DNA from: Patescibacteria group bacterium
Lineage (GTDB): Bacteria; Patescibacteriota; Patescibacteriia; Patescibacteriales; UBA12465
Direction: 5' to 3'
NCBI GenBank assembly: GCA_038245255.1
Contig: JBBRSQ010000002.1
Span: 1-52,830, forward strand
DNA: 52,830 bases
Within the stretch, counting starts at the first letter, position 1. Each line of letters begins with the position of its first letter. Below the pieces are notes generated by a model. The model was not told the origin of the DNA. It did not search any database and saw only the letters and a program-made list of their open reading frames with translations. A program made the position numbers and the translations under genes. Below are positions 45,371 to 52,830 of the stretch, in pieces.

Positions 45371-46651
45371 CTAGAAGGGGAATTTTGTGTACTCTGATTT
45401 CCCCTCAAGTTCAGCCTCAATGGCCATTAATCGGTTATATTTGGCCGTCCTTTCGCTTCTAGCCGGTGCTCCGGTCTTTATTTGGCCCGTGCCCATCGCT
45501 ACCACTAAGTCAGCAATGAAGGCATCTTCAGTCTCACCGCTACGATGAGAAATGACAGCCGTCAGGCCATTAGAGCGCGCCATGTTAATGGTATTAATTG
45601 TTTCCGTTAAAGTCCCAATCTGATTTAATTTTATCAAAATCGAGTTTGTCGTTCTTTCGGCTATTCCCCTCGACAGTCTTTTTACATTAGTCACATATAA
45701 ATCATCACCGATAACTTCCACTTTATTATTATAAGCATTAGTAAAATCACGAAACCCATCCCAATCATCTTCCGCTAAAACATCTTCAAATAATCTTATT
45801 GGGTAACGAGTACTTAAATCTTGAAAAAAAGAAATTAACTCCGCACTGGTCATCTTTTTATTCTCTTTTTTCAAATCATAATACCCATCCTTATAAAACT
45901 CTGATGCAGCCGCATCAATACCAAAAACAATATCTTTATTTAAAATATATCCCGCTTTAGAAACCGCTTCACTCAGTAAAATAAATGCCTCTTCATTAGA
46001 TGAAACGGCGGGCGCAAAACCGCCTTCGTCACCAACACTAATACTATACCCCTTATCATGCAAAACTTTTTTTAAAGTTTGATAAATTTCCGCGCCCATT
46101 CTTACCGCTTCAGTAATAGATTTAGCGCCAATGGGTAAAATCATATACTCTTGGATGTCAGTTGCCCAGTTCGCATGCTTACCCCCATTTAAGATATTCA
46201 TTGTAGGCACCGGCATTTGATAAACTCCAGAAAATTCTGGATTAAATTTAACTAAATATTCATAGAGCGGTTTATTAAAACTAAGAGCCGCCGCACGCGC
46301 AACCGCCATTGATACACCGAGAATAGCATTAGCACCGAGCTTGGCCTTATTCTCAGTACCATCAAGACTAATCATTATTTCATCGATTTTTATTTGTTCG
46401 CTGACGTCTTGGCCAATTAAAGCCGGCGCAATTATTTCCTCAATATTTTTAATCGCTTTTAAGACGCCTTTACCGCCATAAATCGATATATCACCATCAC
46501 GGAGCTCAACGGCTTCGTAACTACCGGTTGACGCGCCGCTAGGAACAGCCGCTGAAGCACTAATCCCGTTTTCTAAAATTACAGTTGCTGATAAAGTTGG
46601 GTTACCACGCGAGTCAAGAATTTGCAAGGCTTTAATGTTTTTTATTTTCAT
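45371..46651 (-). CDS. eno: Enolase
   Basis: ILDSRGNPT, GASTGSYEA, and VISHRSGETEDAFIADLVVA...GQIKTGAPARSERTAKYN. Confidence 0.97.
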   Translation of the reverse strand: MKIKNIKALQILDSRGNPTLSATVILENGISASAAVPSGASTGSYEAVELRDGDISIYGGKGVLKAIKNIEEIIAPALIGQDVSEQIKIDEIMISLDGTENKAKLGANAILGVSMAVARAAALSFNKPLYEYLVKFNPEFSGVYQMPVPTMNILNGGKHANWATDIQEYMILPIGAKSITEAVRMGAEIYQTLKKVLHDKGYSISVGDEGGFAPAVSSNEEAFILLSEAVSKAGYILNKDIVFGIDAAASEFYKDGYYDLKKENKKMTSAELISFFQDLSTRYPIRLFEDVLAEDDWDGFRDFTNAYNNKVEVIGDDLYVTNVKRLSRGIAERTTNSILIKLNQIGTLTETINTINMARSNGLTAVISHRSGETEDAFIADLVVAMGTGQIKTGAPARSERTAKYNRLMAIEAELEGKSEYTKFPF

Positions 46652-46682
46652 ATAATTTAGCTATTAGACTTTAGTGAATAAT

Positions 46683-46997
46683 TTATTTCTTTATTTTTTC
46701 TATGTTTCTTAGCCCTAAAAATAGAAATATTAGAACAATTATTTTCAGAATAAAATGATCTTTAAAATTTAAAAAATTTTGGACTAGTGGCGTCATTTTT
46801 CCAAACGCAATATGAAAAATAATACTAATTGGTAGTGTCAGAAATACCCAATTTATTTTAGGAATTTTAATTTTAAATTTCAAAAATATTCCTGAAAGTA
46901 AGGGCGAAAGTAAGGCCATCCCTAGAAAAGAAACCGCAAAGTCAAAAATCGCGTAACCGCCTAAACGAAATTGTCTTAAAAATTCAATTGTCGTCAT
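46683..46997 (-). CDS. Small (104 aa) 3-TM membrane protein, hypothetical
   Basis: Hydrophobic ORF directly upstream of eno on the same strand. Confidence 0.45.
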   Translation of the reverse strand: MTTIEFLRQFRLGGYAIFDFAVSFLGMALLSPLLSGIFLKFKIKIPKINWVFLTLPISIIFHIAFGKMTPLVQNFLNFKDHFILKIIVLIFLFLGLRNIEKIKK

Positions 46998-47093
46998 TTT
47001 TTTGAAAGCTATTTAATATCACTAATTATAAGATACCTTGAAAACGTCAGAAAATCAATCAGACTATCATAAATTTAGCAAGAAAGATTAAAT

Positions 47094-47120
47094 TAAAAAG
47101 GCCCCGTAATATACGAGGCC
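47094..47120 (-). terminator. Rho-independent terminator after the 85-aa gene
   Basis: Minus strand GGCCTCG-tatatta-CGGGGCC (one mismatch) followed by TTTTT. Confidence 0.6.
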
Positions 47121-47155
47121 AAATTCCGAAATTTGTGATTTTTTTAAAAAATAAT

Positions 47156-47413
47156 TTAATCAAATAATGGTCGATACCAGGCAGTCGGCACATTTTTATC
47201 AAGCCATAATTTAGCCGTTAACTTAACCAGGTTTAAGAGAGATTGTAGTGTCGTACTTGAAATTTCTAGCTCAGCTTTTTCGAGGTCAAGTAAGCGACCG
47301 CGATGATCATGGGTCATTTTTGGAGATGTAAGTTCCACTACTTTTTTTGCATCTTTTGAAAACATTCCCAATTGCATGAGCGTGTCTTCCAGGGTTTCCT
47401 TAATTGTCATCAT
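47156..47413 (-). CDS. Hypothetical 85-aa soluble protein
   Basis: It has its own promoter (47459-47487) and terminator. No motif recognised. Confidence 0.45.
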   Translation of the reverse strand: MMTIKETLEDTLMQLGMFSKDAKKVVELTSPKMTHDHRGRLLDLEKAELEISSTTLQSLLNLVKLTAKLWLDKNVPTAWYRPLFD

Positions 47414-47458
47414 TTTCTTTTTTTAAAGTGCGAACAAAATTTAATTATTTGATTCATT

Positions 47459-47487
47459 AATATATATTTTTTCTTTCTTCATGTCAA
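47459..47487 (-). promoter_or_regulatory. sigma70-type promoter
   Basis: Minus strand (A)TTGACA-17 nt-TATATT. Confidence 0.5.
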
Positions 47488-47545
47488 TATTAATAGTATT
47501 TCCTTCCGGCTTGCTATAGCAAATTAATTAGAGAGTCTAATAATT

Positions 47546-47974
47546 TTAATCTTTTCGCAGTTTATCAAGACGAGTAATAATTTCATTAAGTTTTTCGTTT
47601 TCAATTCGTGAAATCGCTTTTTGAAGTTCTTCAATTTCTTTCTTTGCTTTTAGGTTTGTCTGGTAATCTGCCGCGGCATGAATTCGATCTCGCTCATTTT
47701 GTCTGTTCTGCGACATCATAATTATTGGAGCAGCATAAGCGGCCTGCGTTGAAAATAATAAATTAAGAAGTATAAACGGATAAACATCCCAATGATAAAA
47801 CCAGCCAACTAAATTAAACCCTATCCAGAGAACGACAAAAAGTGACTGCGCGATAATGAAGGTCCAAGAGCCCATCCCAGTAGCAACGAAGTCGGCAATT
47901 TTTTGACCAAGGGTCTGTTGCTCTTGATGCTTTTGATGCCAGTCTTTTGAATGATCTAAAATGTCATTGTTCAT
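47546..47974 (-). CDS. DUF1003-family membrane protein
   Basis: GSW.FII.Q......W...N.....WD.YPFILLNL.FS.QAAYAAPIIMMSQNRQ..RDR pattern, followed by a C-terminal coiled coil. Confidence 0.7.
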   Translation of the reverse strand: MNNDILDHSKDWHQKHQEQQTLGQKIADFVATGMGSWTFIIAQSLFVVLWIGFNLVGWFYHWDVYPFILLNLLFSTQAAYAAPIIMMSQNRQNERDRIHAAADYQTNLKAKKEIEELQKAISRIENEKLNEIITRLDKLRKD

Positions 47975-47982
47975 ATCTTTTT

Positions 47983-48984
47983 TTATTTTGCTAGTGGAGC
48001 TGTAATTGAAGCCCCTAAAGTATAATTTACAAAAAATGCATCTGATAAATCATCGACTGATTTATTCCAATTAACGCCATACATACTTTCGGCGATTGTC
48101 GGATTTGTAACATATCGCAATACACCGCCGCGATCAACAGCGTAGACGCGGGGATCAGTTTGAATTTTTATTAAACGAACGCCGGGTCGATAAGTAATGT
48201 TCCCACCCAGTGGCACAGCGGCTAAGGCTTCATCAGTAATTTGCGTTACATTTTTAAAATCTGGATACCAACTCGAATAAGTATTTAGATTGGGAAAAAC
48301 ATAGCGCTTACCGTCCGCACCACAATAATAAACGGCTGCTGTTTTACCTTTAATTAAAGAATTAGAAACGCAGTTAGCTTCTGTCGAGGTCGCTAATTGT
48401 TTATCACTATTAATTGTTAAGTCGCCATCACGAGCTAATTGCGGACTATATGTTCCGGAAATAAAACTAGCTTTTAAACTTGGATAAGGATTAATTGAGT
48501 CACCATTTGGTAAAGCAATCTCAAAATGTAAATGAGAACCGACATCTTCAGCGTTGCCACTATCACCAGCATAAGCGATGGCTTGTCCAGCCGTAACATT
48601 AACACCGCGACTTATTCCTGGCGCATAAGCATTAATAGCCCCACCTAAACCGTCGTCAGTTCCCGGAGTATCATTATTTATGTGTAAATAATTATAGCTG
48701 TAGCCGTCACTATCGCGAAGATAAATCGCATAACCCCAACTTGGTTGCTCGGTTGGCGCATAGGTAATCATGCCATCGACGGCCGCTAAGAGTGGCGTCA
48801 TTTTAGAAGTCATAATATCAATTCCTTCATGAACGCGTCCACCTGAGCGCGGATCGCCATAGCTATCTGAATAACTATAAGTTCCCTGTACAGGAAATGT
48901 TATATTTCTAACTTCCGCGGCTAAACTCACTTTTAAAGGCACTAAAAAAATACAAAGACTAAATAGATATAGTAATTTTTTCAT
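47983..48984 (-). CDS. Secreted M23-family (LytM-like) peptidoglycan endopeptidase with a C-terminal domain of about 150 aa of unknown function
   Basis: Signal peptide MKKLLYLFSLCIFLVPLKVSLA. Zn ligands HEGIDI (HxxxD) and GSHLHFEI (HxH). Confidence 0.85.
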   Translation of the reverse strand: MKKLLYLFSLCIFLVPLKVSLAAEVRNITFPVQGTYSYSDSYGDPRSGGRVHEGIDIMTSKMTPLLAAVDGMITYAPTEQPSWGYAIYLRDSDGYSYNYLHINNDTPGTDDGLGGAINAYAPGISRGVNVTAGQAIAYAGDSGNAEDVGSHLHFEIALPNGDSINPYPSLKASFISGTYSPQLARDGDLTINSDKQLATSTEANCVSNSLIKGKTAAVYYCGADGKRYVFPNLNTYSSWYPDFKNVTQITDEALAAVPLGGNITYRPGVRLIKIQTDPRVYAVDRGGVLRYVTNPTIAESMYGVNWNKSVDDLSDAFFVNYTLGASITAPLAK

Positions 48985-49020
48985 AAGTTGTTTTAAATTT
49001 TATTTATTCGACGATGCTAT

Positions 49021-49353
49021 TTACTTCTTTAGTCCACCTAAAAATGGATTAAGCACGGCAAGAACTAATGCAAAAAGTAGCGCCCACCAAAAATTTGAAA
49101 CTTTAAAGCCAGGAACAATAGCACTCGCTAGTAAAATTATCAGAGCAGTAATTACGAGCGTAAATAAACCTAGAGTTAAAATATTAATAGGTAAAGAGAT
49201 TGCGACGAGAATTGGTTTAATAGTAGCATTTAGTAAACCTAAAACTAGGGCGGCGATTAAAGCACCGACAAAAGTCGCACTAACGCCAGGTAAAATATAG
49301 GCGGCGATAATGATCACTAGAGCTGATATAAGCCAATTTAAAAGAAATCCCAT
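49021..49353 (-). CDS. Phage-holin-family-4 / DUF360 (YvlD-like) membrane protein
   Basis: 110 aa, 3-4 TM segments, typical LLNW.ISA..I..AAY.LPG......GALIAALVLGLLNA.IKPIL pattern. Confidence 0.7.
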   Translation of the reverse strand: MGFLLNWLISALVIIIAAYILPGVSATFVGALIAALVLGLLNATIKPILVAISLPINILTLGLFTLVITALIILLASAIVPGFKVSNFWWALLFALVLAVLNPFLGGLKK

Positions 49354-49420
49354 AAAATTTGTATTAAGTAATTTAGATTGTCACTTCTTAATTATACGCT
49401 CTGGAGCCAAAATAGATAGC

Positions 49421-49445
49421 AAAAAAACCCAAATTTATTGAGTTT
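49421..49445 (-). terminator. Probable rho-independent terminator after the FAD-protein gene
   Basis: Minus strand AACTCAA-taaat-TTGGGTT (one G-U pair) followed by TTTTTTT. Confidence 0.45.
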
Positions 49446-49479
49446 TTAGCTAATAATAGATAAATGTGTCCAAGAATAA

Positions 49480-51126
49480 TTATAGATATTTGTCAATAAT
49501 TAATTCTGCTGCTCTCAAACCATCAATTGCTGAAGACACTATTCCCCCAGCATAACCCGCTCCCTCGCCGATTGGATATATTCCTCGAATATTTGATTGA
49601 AATGAGTCATCACGCAAAATTCTAACTGGCGAAGAACTTCGTGTCTCAACGCCAGTTAAAATTGCCTCAGGATTTGAGAAACCCTTAAGCTTTTTATTTA
49701 AGAGGGGTAAAGATACGCGAATGCTATCTAATATATAATCCGGTAAACAATTGTCTAATGTTCCTAATTTTATTCCTGGCCGATACGTAGCTAAATTATT
49801 TTTTAATTTGAGAGACGAAGTTTTTTTTATAAAATCGCCAACTAACTGAGCGGGAGCAAAATAATTCGCGCCGCCAGCTTCATAGGCCCTTCTTTCCCAG
49901 CGCCGTTGAAATTCTATGCCCGCCAAAGGATGATCAGATTCAAAATCACTAGGCATAACATTAACTAGCAAGGCACTATTTGAATTTTTTCCATTTCGCA
50001 GATATTCACTCATGCCGTTAGTAACCAGTCCGCCTTTCTCAGATGCCGCTGCAATTACATATCCACCCGGACACATGCAGAATGTATAAACGGAACGGTA
50101 ACCAGGAACGTGAACGGCGAGAGAATATCGAGCGGCTGATAATTTTGGGTGATTATAAAAGTCAGAGTATTGAGCCTTATTAATTAAGCCAGCTTCATGC
50201 TCAATTCGCAAACCAATTGCAAACGGCTTCGCGATAATATTTAACTTATTAGCATAAAGCATTTCGTAAGTACTTCGAGCCGAATGCCCAATTGCTAAAA
50301 TAAGTTCCTTAACTTTAATTTCCTCTTCATAATTTAAAATAATCGCGATAATTTTTTTGTCTTTTATTTTTAAATCCGTTAAGCAGGTTTCAAAGCGGAA
50401 TTCTCCGCCCAGCTTAATAATTTCTGTGCGAATATTTTTAACAACCAACCTAATTTTATCAGTCCCAATATGCGGGTGCGCTTCACTAGCAATTTCTGTC
50501 GGCGCACCGCCTTTTATAAATTCTTCGAAAATAAATTTTTTTCGCGGGTCACTAATAAGCGTGTACAATTTAGCATCTGAAAATGTTCCGGCGCCTCCCT
50601 CGCCAAATTGAATATTTGAACTAGGATTTAACTGCCCATTTTTCAAAAATTTATTAACATCCACTATTCTTCGGTCAACATCCTTACCCTGTTCAATTAC
50701 AATTGGCTTTAGCCCCGCTCGAGCGAACAAAAGAGCGGCAAATAAACCACTCGGTCCAGAACCGATAATCACTGGCGAGTGTTTTTGGTAAATTTTTTTT
50801 ACTTTTTTTATAGTATAAACAAAAGGTTCGTATAGTCTAATTTTATGTCGAATAATTTTATACTTTAATTCCGGCGCGGCCGAATCTAAATTTTTAAAAT
50901 AGACCTCTAGTTTTTTTATTTTAACGTCAACTGAGTATACAAAAAAAACATTCCGCTGACTGCGAGAATCAATAGCTTTTTTTATAATCGTATAGTCAAC
51001 GATTTCTGATATTTGTATTTCTAGAATTTCTGAAATCTTTTGCGCTATTGTATCTTCACTCTCATCAAGGCGAAGAATTATTTCCTCAATTCTAAGTAGA
51101 TTATTTTTACTTTTAGCTTTCTCCAT
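49480..51126 (-). CDS. FAD-dependent oxidoreductase family protein (COG2509-type)
   Basis: Rossmann motif VIIGSGPSGLFAALLFARAGLKPIVIEQG. The N-terminal 100 aa or so form a small domain. C-terminal GEGAGYAGGI. Confidence 0.7.
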   Translation of the reverse strand: MEKAKSKNNLLRIEEIILRLDESEDTIAQKISEILEIQISEIVDYTIIKKAIDSRSQRNVFFVYSVDVKIKKLEVYFKNLDSAAPELKYKIIRHKIRLYEPFVYTIKKVKKIYQKHSPVIIGSGPSGLFAALLFARAGLKPIVIEQGKDVDRRIVDVNKFLKNGQLNPSSNIQFGEGGAGTFSDAKLYTLISDPRKKFIFEEFIKGGAPTEIASEAHPHIGTDKIRLVVKNIRTEIIKLGGEFRFETCLTDLKIKDKKIIAIILNYEEEIKVKELILAIGHSARSTYEMLYANKLNIIAKPFAIGLRIEHEAGLINKAQYSDFYNHPKLSAARYSLAVHVPGYRSVYTFCMCPGGYVIAAASEKGGLVTNGMSEYLRNGKNSNSALLVNVMPSDFESDHPLAGIEFQRRWERRAYEAGGANYFAPAQLVGDFIKKTSSLKLKNNLATYRPGIKLGTLDNCLPDYILDSIRVSLPLLNKKLKGFSNPEAILTGVETRSSSPVRILRDDSFQSNIRGIYPIGEGAGYAGGIVSSAIDGLRAAELIIDKYL

Positions 51127-51134
51127 TTATTTCT

Positions 51135-51929
51135 TTAGTTATTTACTTTATCTATCTTATTTAATTCGTAAAGAATAATTGCAGCCGCAATTGCAACATT
51201 TAAAGATTCTATTTTCACATTTATTTCAATTTTTATATTCTCGTTGGCTAGCTTAACTATTTCCTCGCTAACGCCATGGCTTTCGCTGCCTAAAACTAAG
51301 CAGAAATTCGGTTTTGGTTTAAACTCATTCAAAGAGCGCCCACTATTTGAATTAGCGACGTAAACAGGTAAGCTACCATTATTCTCTTTAAGCCAATTAA
51401 GGTTATTATCAGACAAATAATTAATTTTAAAAACTGAATCTTTAGCCGCATTGATTGTCTTCGCGTTATAAATGTCGGCACAAGTTTCATCAAGAACAAT
51501 ATTTACGAAATTAAAAGCTAGCGAAGTCCGAATAATTGTACCGAGATTGCCTGGATCACTAATTCCATTTAAATATATAACTGATTTGTTATTTTCTAGT
51601 TTCGGCTCTTTAATATTATAAATAGCCGTAATTCCCGATGGTGTTTCTAACTGTGAATAAGTTTTATTCAAATTTTCATTAATTAAAAAATATTTCTTTA
51701 TCCTCGAGTTAAGTAGCAAGAATTTTAACTTATCATTATTCTTTTTTATAAAGCTCTCGGTTACAAATAAAGATTCAAAGTCGTAATCATCCCGTAGCGC
51801 ATCATAAATAATCGCGAGATTTTCAACCACGAATTTTTTTTCCGTATGACGATACCTCTTCAACGCCAACTTTTTTAATAATTGAATCTGGGTATTTTGA
51901 GCACTAGTTATTATTTCAAAATTTTCCAT
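51135..51929 (-). CDS. TrmH/SpoU-family RNA 2'-O-methyltransferase
   Basis: DPGNLGTIIRTS, LVLGSESHGVS and ESLNVAIAAAIILYE. Confidence 0.8.
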   Translation of the reverse strand: MENFEIITSAQNTQIQLLKKLALKRYRHTEKKFVVENLAIIYDALRDDYDFESLFVTESFIKKNNDKLKFLLLNSRIKKYFLINENLNKTYSQLETPSGITAIYNIKEPKLENNKSVIYLNGISDPGNLGTIIRTSLAFNFVNIVLDETCADIYNAKTINAAKDSVFKINYLSDNNLNWLKENNGSLPVYVANSNSGRSLNEFKPKPNFCLVLGSESHGVSEEIVKLANENIKIEINVKIESLNVAIAAAIILYELNKIDKVNN

Positions 51930-51956
51930 ATGTTTACGAGTTATAAATTACGATGT

Positions 51957-52403
51957 TTAGTTTGTACACGGTTTAAAAGTTTTAATTCTATTTAATAAAC
52001 TAATAAATAGAACTAGTTCCTCGTCACTTAGAGCCATAAATGCATAACTAGCACTGCTAATATAATCTTTTTTAAAAGCATTAAATCTCTTCCCAGTACT
52101 TGGCGTTAATTTAATGTTAATAATACGACGATCTTTTATATTCTCTTCGCGTTCCACTAATTTATTTTCAACTAAACCATCTACAAACTGAGTTACGGCG
52201 CCCGATGTAACTCCTAAATATTTTGCTATCGACTTAACTGAAGCCAATCCTTTATTTTCAAAAATGAAAAAAAGAATCATTACTTGCTGTTTGCGTAGCA
52301 TAATATCGCCAAATGGATAGCATTGGCCCGTATATATGTGATGAGCTTTGCTTGAAAATTTTTCAATCAAAACTTTTAATAATTCTTGACGTTCACTATT
52401 CAT
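51957..52403 (-). CDS. MarR-family transcriptional regulator
   Basis: Winged-helix segment SVKSIAKYLGVTSGAVTQFVDGLVENKLVEREENIKDRRIINIKLT. Confidence 0.8.
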   Translation of the reverse strand: MNSERQELLKVLIEKFSSKAHHIYTGQCYPFGDIMLRKQQVMILFFIFENKGLASVKSIAKYLGVTSGAVTQFVDGLVENKLVEREENIKDRRIINIKLTPSTGKRFNAFKKDYISSASYAFMALSDEELVLFISLLNRIKTFKPCTN

Positions 52404-52422
52404 ATTTTAAATTATTATTTGT

Positions 52423-52830
52423 TTATTCGTGAGTAAGCGCTTCAATCGGATCAAGTTTAGCGGCATTTAAGGCCGGCAGAACTCCAAACCCTATCCCAAT
52501 AATAGCCGAAACGCCAAAACCAATGCCAATTGCATATAAAGGCACAATAAATACCCAAGTTAAGCCGCTACTAACGGCGACAAGAGTAACGATCCAACTC
52601 AAAAGCGCTCCAAATAAGATTCCAATAAATCCACCTAGGAGTGTAACTAAAACCGCCTCAATTAAAAACTCAAGCATGATATCAAATTTTTTCGCGCCCA
52701 GGGCTTTTTTTAAACCAATCTCACTAGTACGCTCGGTAACAATAACGTACATAATATTCATAATACCAACACCGCCAACTATTAAAGAAATTGCCGCAAT
52801 CGCAATTAGTAAAATAGTTATACCGCCAAA
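52423..52830 (-). CDS. ABC transporter permease, FtsX/MacB family (C-terminal part; N-terminus beyond window edge)
   Basis: The frame is open to the window end. GGVGIMNIMYVIVTERTSEIGLKKALGAKKFDIMLEFLIEA and the C-terminal PALNAAKLDPIEAL are typical of MacB-type permeases. Confidence 0.8.
   Translation of the reverse strand, partial: FGGITILLIAIAAISLIVGGVGIMNIMYVIVTERTSEIGLKKALGAKKFDIMLEFLIEAVLVTLLGGFIGILFGALLSWIVTLVAVSSGLTWVFIVPLYAIGIGFGVSAIIGIGFGVLPALNAAKLDPIEALTHE

Overview
The window is AT-rich by eye and tightly packed, and it reads as core chromosome. I found no rRNA, tRNA, CRISPR array, transposase, integrase or recognisable defence genes. The longest non-coding gap is about 220 bp.

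The style suggests a small-genome Patescibacteria/CPR-like bacterium. This rests on fused genes, shortened HrcA and AtpH, mostly Shine-Dalgarno-less starts, several very large polytopic membrane proteins and a DUF3160-like protein. It is an inference and was not checked by any search. The standard genetic code fits, and most stops are TAA.

Gene content, left to right:
- 1-3.8 kb: a dNTP/thymidylate-related cluster (DHFR-family reductase, P-loop kinase, Tmk-like::dUTPase fusion), then gatB.
- 3.8-6.1 kb: miaA and miaB.
- 6.1-15 kb: an envelope block with two giant polytopic membrane proteins (at least one GT-C-like), DUF3160-like protein, mltG, a cytidylyltransferase-family enzyme, mazG-like gene and uppP.
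- 15.1-22.7 kb: a complete F1Fo ATP synthase operon (atpZ-like, B, E, F, H, A, G, D, C), followed by a co-oriented orphan gene with a beta-carbonic-anhydrase-like CxDxR...HxxC motif.
- 22.8-29.1 kb: tatD, a tiny Cys/His-rich protein, and a CIRCE-controlled hrcA-grpE-hsp20-dnaK-dnaJ operon in which GrpE carries an N-terminal DUF1653 domain.
- 29.1-31.8 kb: a YdjM-like membrane protein and PBP2.
- 32-39.4 kb: OmpR-type response regulator, histidine kinase, MgtA-like P-type ATPase, DPM1-like GT2, and a convergent polytopic membrane protein with C-terminal TPR repeats.
- 39.4-47.5 kb: a looser region of orphan genes with their own promoters and terminators, interleaved with an HD-domain protein, a Ca-type P-type ATPase and enolase.
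- 47.5-52.8 kb: DUF1003, M23 peptidase, holin-family (DUF360) protein, COG2509 FAD protein, TrmH-family methyltransferase, MarR and the 3' part of an FtsX/MacB-type permease.

Best candidates for new biology:
1. A dispersed lipid-linked glycosylation set: GT2, up to three GT-C-like giants, UppP and DUF3160.
2. The beta-CA-like orphan appended to the atp operon.
3. The fusion proteins Tmk::Dut and DUF1653::GrpE.
4. The Cys/His-rich micro-protein.
5. The 39.4-41.5 kb orphan units.

All functional calls come from motif recognition by eye. No database search was run.
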